The notes beneath the pieces were generated by a model, which saw only the letters and a program-made list of their open reading frames with translations, was not told the DNA's origin and did not search any database. Below are positions 1 to 6,855 of a DNA stretch of 64,000 nucleotides, one piece after another. The position numbers were made by a program, and so were the translations under genes. This DNA is from Aquificaceae bacterium (GTDB lineage Bacteria; Aquificota; Aquificia; Aquificales; Aquificaceae): positions 320,001 to 384,000 of the forward strand of contig JAXSNR010000001.1 in NCBI GenBank assembly GCA_037925075.1. The letters are read 5' to 3'. Positions within the stretch are counted from its first letter, which is position 1. Each line of letters opens with the position of its first letter.

Positions 1-402
1 ATGATTACCCTCCACAAGGCAACCCAAGACCCTTTCAAAGTATAGGGCGAAGAAGTTGTTTAAAAACCTGTTGTTTTTTATGGTGCAATTCTTTGAGTTT
101 ACAACTCTCATACCAGCTATATCTTCGCTGTAGGACATGCCCGAATTCCTTATTACGAACCCATCAACCCTTACGTTGTCCGCCCTTATGGTTAGCACCT
201 GATGTTTCCCCTCACCTTCAAGAACAGGCTCACCCTCACCGATAAGTTCAACTCCCCTGTCAACTGTCAACGCTCCCTTGTAGATTCCAGACTTTACCAC
301 TATCCTATCACCATCCTTTGCGTTGTATATGGCACTTTGAATGTCCTTAAATTTACACTCAGAACATACGATTATTGTCGCAAATAGAAAAAGGCTTATC
401 AT
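1..402 (-). CDS. nosD: Nitrous oxide reductase maturation protein NosD (5' part; runs off the window edge)
   Basis: Manual translation from ATG at 402: MISLFLFATIIVCSECKFKDIQSAIYNAKDGDRIVVKSGIYKG...VLTIRADNVRVDGFVIRNSGMSYSEDIAG, a typical NosD beta-helix N-terminus. Lies directly after nosL. Confidence 0.88.
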   Translation of the reverse strand, partial: MISLFLFATIIVCSECKFKDIQSAIYNAKDGDRIVVKSGIYKGALTVDRGVELIGEGEPVLEGEGKHQVLTIRADNVRVDGFVIRNSGMSYSEDIAGMRVVNSKNCTIKNNRFLNNFFALYFERVLGCLVEGNH

Positions 403-403
403 G

Positions 404-856
404 TCAGTGAGAAAACTTATACTCTTTTCTTATAAACTCCCTAAGAGACTCCCATCTTAGCAGTTCTCCCTGTTTTCCTTCAAGCACCTTTTTTGCCTCC
501 TCCTCCCCTTTGTACGCAGAAAGGTTCATACCCATGGGACTTCTTATATCAGGGCTTTTTAGGTACACAGCCTTTTCTGCTGGTATAAACTCCTCTGGGT
601 TCAGAAAGTTTGCCACATAAGCCATCTTTATTTCTTCCTCATTTTCATTAAAGTAGCCCACCATACATTCTATGGCGTCAAACTTGTAGACCTTGCCCTT
701 TTTGGTTATAACCTCAGCCGCAAACTTCCCGTCCGCTATAACCATCTTACAGTATTCGCACACATCCTCACCAAGTTTTATAGGCTCTGGCTTTTCTCCT
801 CTACAAGAAAAGAGAAAAAGGGGCAGGAGGAAAGCCCATAGCACTTGGAGTATCAT
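404..856 (-). CDS. nosL: NosL copper-chaperone lipoprotein
   Basis: Lipobox LFSC, CEYCKMVI, FDAIECM and SPMG motifs; within the nos operon. Confidence 0.9.
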   Translation of the reverse strand: MILQVLWAFLLPLFLFSCRGEKPEPIKLGEDVCEYCKMVIADGKFAAEVITKKGKVYKFDAIECMVGYFNENEEEIKMAYVANFLNPEEFIPAEKAVYLKSPDIRSPMGMNLSAYKGEEEAKKVLEGKQGELLRWESLREFIRKEYKFSH

Positions 857-1428
857 GCTGACTTCCTTATGTCCAGAATTATGGCAAGAAATCCCAGTGC
901 TAAGGAAAGCACCGCTATATACCCACCCACGTCGGGGAAGGAGCTTGCAAGCATGTTAAGAAGCTGTTTTGTTCCTATGAGTGGCGGTTGGTAGGCGAGT
1001 CCTGGTATCTTTATGGGTGCGTTTGGGTCAAGATTGTGCCCATAATCGTACTCCCACTTGTAGAAATCTACAAACCCTGCTATTCCCAAAAGCAAAAAGG
1101 TTATAAACCATGCATAGAGTAGAGGACGCTTTCCAATCAAGGAAGATAAAAGACCAAAGACTATAAGAAAACCAACTATAAAGGGCATTATCTTTAGTTC
1201 TGGTATCGCCTCTGGCTCTATGGTTTTCATGCCAATGTAGTGATTAAGGAGGTTTATGTTATACAGGTCAAACTCCGTTCCACCTGTTATTTTGTTTACC
1301 CATATGAACATTCTGAGACCTTCAGGGTATTGGGGAGCTATAAGCTCTATCCTCCAAAGGGGGAAGAAGTAGGTCAGGATTAGTAAAAGTGAGGCGAGGG
1401 CAAGAAGCCCTCTTGAAAATATGTTCAT
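853..1428 (-). CDS. nosB: Clade II nos-cluster membrane protein NosB
   Basis: PLWRIELIAPQYPEGL...LNHYIGM and DYGHNLDPNAPIK motifs, four hydrophobic segments, directly after nosZ. Confidence 0.85.
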   Translation of the reverse strand: MNIFSRGLLALASLLLILTYFFPLWRIELIAPQYPEGLRMFIWVNKITGGTEFDLYNINLLNHYIGMKTIEPEAIPELKIMPFIVGFLIVFGLLSSLIGKRPLLYAWFITFLLLGIAGFVDFYKWEYDYGHNLDPNAPIKIPGLAYQPPLIGTKQLLNMLASSFPDVGGYIAVLSLALGFLAIILDIRKSA

Positions 1429-1439
1429 AGCTTACCTCC

Positions 1440-3422
1440 TTACTTTTGTGCGGTGGGTGGGGTGCCAGTGTAGTATTTAAGAGGTACATTAGAACCAGCA
1501 GGAGAAACCCTTATATAACCTTGCATCTCTTGATGGAGGGCGGAGCAAAAGTCTGTGCAGTAGAAGGGATAAACACCCGGAGCCTTTGGCTTCCACACAA
1601 GGGTCTTTGTCTGACCGGGCATCACAAGGAGTTCCGCTTCTTCTGAGCCTTTGACAGCAAAGCCATGGGGTATGTCCCAGTCCTGCTCAAGATTTGTAAC
1701 ATGGAAGTAAACTGTATCTCCTACCCTTATACCTTCAATGTTATCGGGTACAAAGTGGCTTCTTATCATGGTCATGTAAATATGAACCTCATTACCCTTT
1801 CTCTCAACCCTTGCATCCTTTTCAGCTTTTACAGCGTAAGGGTGCTCGTTTTCAGCAAGTGAATAAATCTTCTTTATCTTGTCCTTTATCTTGTCTGCGA
1901 CTATAGCCTGTGCGTAGTGAGGCTCGCCTATGGTGAAGAACTCATGTATAAGTTGCATCTTTTCCCCACTTATATCGTATAGCTGTGCGGACTGGATAAG
2001 TTCTGGACCTGTAGGGAGTTGCCTGTCTTTGGTTATCTTGTTCATTGCTATCAGATACTTTCCATAGGGCTTCTTTGTGTCTCCGCCTGGTACAAGAAGG
2101 TGTCCCACAGAATAGTAAGTGGGGGCTCTGTCCACCACCTTACAACCCTTGTAGTCGAACTTTACCACCTCTGAGGAGACAAAGCAAGAGGTGTACCCAA
2201 AGCCTTTTCCGTCAAACTCCGTATGTAAGGGTCCAAGGCAAGGTTTTTCGAGCTCACAATGTAGGACCGCATCGTACTTAAGAACAGGAATACCCTCTAT
2301 TTCCTTCTCAAAGGCCTTCTGTTCTATAGCCTTTAACATCTTTGAAAAGGAGTGTATGGGTATTACCGTCGCCAGCTTTCCACCACCCACTATATATTCG
2401 CCATCGTCAGAGACGTCAACGCCGTGGGGTGATTTGGGGGTTGGCAGGAAGTAGGCAACACCTGGGCAGTCTTTTGGGTCTATCACCTTGACAGATTTCT
2501 TTTCTTCTGATGCCGCCATATGCTTTTTCTCATCGTAGTAGTTGTGATAATAGGTAGCTGGCATATCCTTAGCCTTACCTTGAGCTACGCATTCTTCCGC
2601 CCTTTTCCAGTTTATGGCAGCTATAAAGTCTTTGTCGTTCTTGGATGCGTTTACTTCAAGAAGGGTGTGTGCCTGTTCTGTGTTGTAAGAGGTGAAGAAA
2701 CACCAGCCATGGGATGGACCTCTACCACACCTTGCCAAGTCATAGTCAAAGCCTGGCATGAGTATTTGGAAAGCAACATCCATCTTACCCGGCTCATTAG
2801 CCTTTATAAAGCTTATAACACCCTTGAAGTTTTCTTTGTAAGATTCTATGGGGACATCCTTCTGAGGAACTGGCACAGAAAATCTTGAGCCTGCCACCAC
2901 ATACTCCGTGTTCTCCGTTCCGTAGGGTGAAGGGTGGTTTCCAGCGGTATTTGGTATTTCTATTATTTCGGTGGTTTCAAAGGTTGTGAGGTCTATCCTT
3001 GCTATCCTTGGTGTGGCATTGGCGTTTATAAACAGCCATCTTCCGTCGTGCTCTCCATTTGTCTGAGAAAGCCATGGATGGTGCGTGTCATCCCAAGGTA
3101 GGAAACCGTGAGAAGTCATAAGCATAGGCTTTGTCTCTGGTGAAAAGCCATAGCCCGTTTCTGGGTCAACGGAAAATACCTTGATGACCTTGATTATTCT
3201 TCCAGATGGAACACCATACACCGTTACCTGACCGTTGAAGCCTCCGGAGAAGAAAACGTAGAACTCATCGTATTTACCCGGTGGGACATAGACCTTTGAA
3301 GCCGCATCCGTACCCACCGCTTGTGTCTTCACCGCTTCCTTCTTTGGCGGGCAACCCGCCAGCAAAGCACCCACTACGAGGGCCGAAAGCCCCCCCACGA
3401 CCGCTTTTTTCTTGCCCAGCAT
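1440..3422 (-). CDS. nosZ: Clade II (Sec-type) nitrous oxide reductase
   Basis: CuZ His motifs (DTHH, GNH, PHG, GPLH, VGHL, EPHY) and CuA motif HG...CTDFCSALHQEM. No Tat RR motif. Start moved to 3422 because an AAGGAGGT SD precedes it. Confidence 0.97.
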   Translation of the reverse strand: MLGKKKAVVGGLSALVVGALLAGCPPKKEAVKTQAVGTDAASKVYVPPGKYDEFYVFFSGGFNGQVTVYGVPSGRIIKVIKVFSVDPETGYGFSPETKPMLMTSHGFLPWDDTHHPWLSQTNGEHDGRWLFINANATPRIARIDLTTFETTEIIEIPNTAGNHPSPYGTENTEYVVAGSRFSVPVPQKDVPIESYKENFKGVISFIKANEPGKMDVAFQILMPGFDYDLARCGRGPSHGWCFFTSYNTEQAHTLLEVNASKNDKDFIAAINWKRAEECVAQGKAKDMPATYYHNYYDEKKHMAASEEKKSVKVIDPKDCPGVAYFLPTPKSPHGVDVSDDGEYIVGGGKLATVIPIHSFSKMLKAIEQKAFEKEIEGIPVLKYDAVLHCELEKPCLGPLHTEFDGKGFGYTSCFVSSEVVKFDYKGCKVVDRAPTYYSVGHLLVPGGDTKKPYGKYLIAMNKITKDRQLPTGPELIQSAQLYDISGEKMQLIHEFFTIGEPHYAQAIVADKIKDKIKKIYSLAENEHPYAVKAEKDARVERKGNEVHIYMTMIRSHFVPDNIEGIRVGDTVYFHVTNLEQDWDIPHGFAVKGSEEAELLVMPGQTKTLVWKPKAPGVYPFYCTDFCSALHQEMQGYIRVSPAGSNVPLKYYTGTPPTAQK

Positions 3423-3447
3423 GGCAATACCTCCTTTATAAGATTTA

Positions 3448-3909
3448 TTACTTTTCATCAACGCTTCTCAGATATTCAAGTATTGCCCTTGCATCATCCT
3501 TTGAAACATCTTGAAAGGGCATCTGTATTGGGTACTCAGCCAAATGCCCCTTTGCTACAGGGTCCTTCTGAACCATCTCCGCAGGGTTTAGTATCATGTT
3601 CATTATCCATTCTGGCTTTCTTCTTTTTGTAACACCTTTGAGAGGTGGTCCCACATACTTTTCTTCAAGCTTGTGGCACGATGCACACTTGGAGTCAAAT
3701 ATCTCTTTTCCCTTCTTTGCCAAAGCCTGGTCTATAGGCCCAAGCTGTACCTCTTGTATGGGTCCTATGCCTTTATCGCTCACCGCTTCCTCCTTCTTTT
3801 CCACCTGGGTAGGCTGTGGTGGAGATGCCTCCACGGGTTTTTCCGCAGGTTTTTGCTGACAGGATAAGAAGAGGCTTACAAGGGGAACAACCAAAAAGAA
3901 CTTTCTCAT
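3448..3909 (-). CDS. Monoheme class I cytochrome c lipoprotein, probable NosZ electron donor
   Basis: Lipobox FLSC, CASCH heme motif, distal Met (IQMP), GGAGGTG SD; first gene of the nos operon. Confidence 0.88.
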   Translation of the reverse strand: MRKFFLVVPLVSLFLSCQQKPAEKPVEASPPQPTQVEKKEEAVSDKGIGPIQEVQLGPIDQALAKKGKEIFDSKCASCHKLEEKYVGPPLKGVTKRRKPEWIMNMILNPAEMVQKDPVAKGHLAEYPIQMPFQDVSKDDARAILEYLRSVDEK

Positions 3910-3938
3910 ATCACACCTCCGATGGTTTTACTAATCTT

Positions 3939-3999
3939 AATATAAGTGATTAAGGTCATTTTGTCAAGATATAAGAAAAACTTATATGATAGTAGTCAT
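3939..3999. promoter_or_regulatory. Divergent promoter: sigma70 TTGACA-17-TATATT for the nos operon plus two Crp/Fnr-like boxes
   Basis: Minus-strand -35 at 3962-3967 and -10 at 3939-3944. Boxes GTGAT-TAAG-GTCAT (3946-3959) and ATGAT-AGTA-GTCAT (3986-3999). Inverted repeat ATATAAG-N5-CTTATAT at 3969-3987. Confidence 0.55.
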
Positions 4000-4034
4000 T
4001 TACATACTCAACTTAAGGCTCTATTTTATAAACC

Positions 4035-4526
4035 ATGCGGTTAATACCTGAGGTAGGAAAAGCTATCAGTTTAGATGGTCTTTATTTAAGGCTTTTGAAG
4101 GACCACCTTATGCCTTCTGCGGTAGGTTATGAAAGGGTCTATATACTTTCAAAAGGCTTAGGGAGATACATACTTGGGCAGAGGTTTGATAAGGTAGAGG
4201 CTCCAGCAGTGTTTTATGTGAAGAAGGCGGAGCTTTTTGGTTTTTCCTGTGAAGGGGATGTGGATATGTACGAAATAGCTTTTGGTAAGGGAGATATACA
4301 AGGGGGTGAGACTATTGACTTGAGAGAAGTTGAGCATGGCAGAAGACATCCCTTGGTAATGGAAAAGTTCTCCAAAATTGGAGATGGTGAAGCCTTCTTT
4401 ATCATTAACGACCATGATCCACTGCCCCTTTATTTTCAGATGAGTATGTCTTTTCCCAAAAAGGTGGGATGGGAGTATGTAGAGTATGGAGGTAGCTATT
4501 GGAAAATATGTATAAGGAGGTTATAG
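4035..4526 (+). CDS. DUF2249 domain-containing protein
   Basis: C-terminal IDLREVEHGRRHPLVMEKF...INDHDPLPLYFQM...W...I pattern of DUF2249. Confidence 0.8.
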   Translation: MRLIPEVGKAISLDGLYLRLLKDHLMPSAVGYERVYILSKGLGRYILGQRFDKVEAPAVFYVKKAELFGFSCEGDVDMYEIAFGKGDIQGGETIDLREVEHGRRHPLVMEKFSKIGDGEAFFIINDHDPLPLYFQMSMSFPKKVGWEYVEYGGSYWKICIRRL

Positions 4527-4527
4527 C

Positions 4528-4944
4528 ATGAAAAGGCTTGTATTTTCTTTGCTCTTGAGCCTAAGCTTTAGCCTTGCCCATGAACATATGGAGGAAAGCT
4601 CTCTTACCTTTAAACAGGTTATGCAGATGGTAAATAATTCAGCTTTGAAAATGCTTCAAGGATTCCTTTTAAACAACGATGCTATGGTTCTGGAAGGTGC
4701 CAAGGAGATAGCAAACCATCCAGTGCCCAAGGGAGGACCCTTAAAGTACATAGACCCATCAAAAAGGGAAGAGTTTGCCAGGCTTATGCCCACCTTTGAA
4801 AGACAAGTACATGGCGGTGCGGAGGAAGTTATAAAGTTTATAAAGGAAGGTAAAAGGGAGGAAGCTTTTAGGACATATACAAACATGCTTCAGGGTTGTA
4901 TGGCTTGTCATGAGCTTTTTAGGGACAAGATAAAAGGGCGGTAG
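4528..4944 (+). CDS. Class II cytochrome c (cytochrome c'-like)
   Basis: Signal peptide, helical sequence, single C-terminal CMACH heme motif. Confidence 0.8.
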   Translation: MKRLVFSLLLSLSFSLAHEHMEESSLTFKQVMQMVNNSALKMLQGFLLNNDAMVLEGAKEIANHPVPKGGPLKYIDPSKREEFARLMPTFERQVHGGAEEVIKFIKEGKREEAFRTYTNMLQGCMACHELFRDKIKGR

Positions 4945-4946
4945 CC

Positions 4947-5195
4947 ATGAAGGGTGTGATGGATGTGCTAAAAGAAGTTATAGACCCACACACGGGTATG
5001 GATATAGTCAGCATGAACATGGTTAAAGAGGTGAAGGAGCTTGGTAAAGGAAGGCTTAAAGTGGTCATAAAGCCTACAAGCCCCTTTTGCCCTGTTGGAG
5101 GCTACCTTATGCAGGCTGTAAAGGAGAAGGTGGAAAGCCTCGGTTATTCCGCTGATGTGGAGCTTGAGGGATATATCTTCGGAGGTGAGCCATGA
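4947..5195 (+). CDS. DUF59 / FeS_assembly_P (SufT/PaaD-like) protein
   Basis: LKEVIDPHTGMDIVSMNMV...PTSPFCP motif. Confidence 0.85.
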   Translation: MKGVMDVLKEVIDPHTGMDIVSMNMVKEVKELGKGRLKVVIKPTSPFCPVGGYLMQAVKEKVESLGYSADVELEGYIFGGEP

Positions 5196-5671
5196 AAAGG
5201 CTTGATGTGAGAGACCTTGAACCCCCAAAGCCGATGGTAAAGGTAGCCCAAGCCCTTGAAGAGCTAAGGGAAGGGGAAATTCTTGAGGTGCTTGGTTCAA
5301 GGCCCTTTACCCATCTTCTCCCAAGGCTTGAGGAGTTGGGATACGCCTATGAGCTTACAGAGACCCAAGAGGGATACCTTCTTAGAATATGGAAAAAGTC
5401 CTCCCAGCCTCTGAAGGTTGAAGAGCCCAAATGTGAAAAGGAGATTGAGTTTGAGATAGATGAGAATACCAACGTGGGAGAGCTTTTGAAAAGAATCCCT
5501 GAGTCTCTTGATGTGCTTATAAAATACGGCTTTACGCCACTTAAAAACCCCATTCTTAGGAAGACGCTTCCCCATATGGTAAGCCTTGGTCAGGCAAAAA
5601 AGATAAGGAGAATGTCCGATGAAAAGTTTCAGGAGCTTCTTGAGGAGCTAAGAAGGCTTACGAAAGGATGA
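5192..5671 (+). CDS. DUF2249 + DUF1858 two-domain protein
   Basis: N-terminal LDVRDLEPPKPMVKV...RPFTHLLPRL; C-terminal IDENTNVGELL...LIKYGFTPLKNPILR. Confidence 0.75.
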   Translation: MKRLDVRDLEPPKPMVKVAQALEELREGEILEVLGSRPFTHLLPRLEELGYAYELTETQEGYLLRIWKKSSQPLKVEEPKCEKEIEFEIDENTNVGELLKRIPESLDVLIKYGFTPLKNPILRKTLPHMVSLGQAKKIRRMSDEKFQELLEELRRLTKG

Positions 5672-6801
5672 TAAAGCCCGTATCCTTTGTGAGGCTTACC
5701 CCCCTTTACGTACTTCTATGTCTTTTTCTTATTGACCTTTCTCTAATTTTGAAACTTTTTAACATGCCTTACAGAGACCTTCTTCTCTTTATAGCCTTTC
5801 CATCCCTTATAATGGGAACACTCTTTCAGATGTATCCAACCCTGCAAGGTATGAGTATAAGAGGGAATTGGCTCACATACCTTCACCTTTTACTCACCTT
5901 TATAAACCTAATCCTTTTTCTTTGGAAATTCCAGATATTCTGGTTGCCCTTCATGTCTCTGAGCCTTCTAAGTTTTTTCTTTCTTGCCTTAAACACAAAA
6001 AACCTAAAAGACCCACTTATTCTCTTTTTCCTCCTCGGTGGTGCATACTTTGCCCTCTCCAGCCTATTTATGTTTATGAAACTAAGCCCCACCCTTATAA
6101 AGCATACCATTACCGCAGGCTTTTTTATGAACGTGATAATAGGAGCTTACTATGTTTTTGTTCCCATGCTCCAGATTGAGGAAATAAAGCACCGAAGATT
6201 GGTATGGTGGAACCTTATCCTTTACAATCTTTCCCTTCCCCTCTTCCTTTACAGTTGGCATAGGCAAAACCTTGTGCTACTTGCCCATTCTGGCCTTTTG
6301 TTGCTACTTTCTTGTTTTTTACTGGCTTTTGTCCTCTATGTTAGCCTTATTCAAAGAAAGAGTCCACTGAAAGGTCTTGACATATCGGTGCAGTACCTAC
6401 TCTTGGGGCTTTTTATGGTTATCTTCTTTATGGCTGTGGGGATAGCTTCCGCAGGAAGTGGAAACTACGGCTTTTTAAGCTGGCACTGGGATGGCATGCT
6501 CTACGGCTTTCTTACCTTTATAACGGTGGGTGCTTCTTACCATATAGTTCCCTTTTTGCTTTGGTGGAGAGCATACGCTTCCATGATGGGAAGACAAAAG
6601 ATACCCACCCTTAAGGAGCTACTTGGTCTGGAGGTTCCTCAAAGGGTGCTGTTCATCGGTCTTCCTCTTCTTGTCTTTGGGCTTATCACAGAACCCTTTA
6701 ACCCATACCTTTCAAGGCTCTTTTACTTTGCCCTTCTTCTTGTAAAGGGCTACTACACCCTTAAGCTTTTACCCCTTGCCTACTCTTCCATAAAAACTTG
6801 A
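5668..6801 (+). CDS. Multi-pass membrane protein of the family found with DUF2249/DUF59 (NnrS/heme-copper-oxidase-like repeats)
   Basis: About 12 hydrophobic segments with three repeated motifs GTLFQMYP / GAYYVFVP / GASYHIVP and several intramembrane His. Confidence 0.6.
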   Translation: MIKPVSFVRLTPLYVLLCLFLIDLSLILKLFNMPYRDLLLFIAFPSLIMGTLFQMYPTLQGMSIRGNWLTYLHLLLTFINLILFLWKFQIFWLPFMSLSLLSFFFLALNTKNLKDPLILFFLLGGAYFALSSLFMFMKLSPTLIKHTITAGFFMNVIIGAYYVFVPMLQIEEIKHRRLVWWNLILYNLSLPLFLYSWHRQNLVLLAHSGLLLLLSCFLLAFVLYVSLIQRKSPLKGLDISVQYLLLGLFMVIFFMAVGIASAGSGNYGFLSWHWDGMLYGFLTFITVGASYHIVPFLLWWRAYASMMGRQKIPTLKELLGLEVPQRVLFIGLPLLVFGLITEPFNPYLSRLFYFALLLVKGYYTLKLLPLAYSSIKT

Positions 6802-6825
6802 CAAAGATACACTAAAGCATATTAT
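6797..6825 (+). promoter_or_regulatory. clpB promoter with HAIR-like operator
   Basis: CTTGACA-N7-ACTAAAG (6797-6817) overlapping the -35 TTGACA; -10-like TATTAT at 6820-6825. Confidence 0.6.
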
Positions 6826-6855
6826 AAAAACCATTATTAAGTTAAGGAGGTATGC

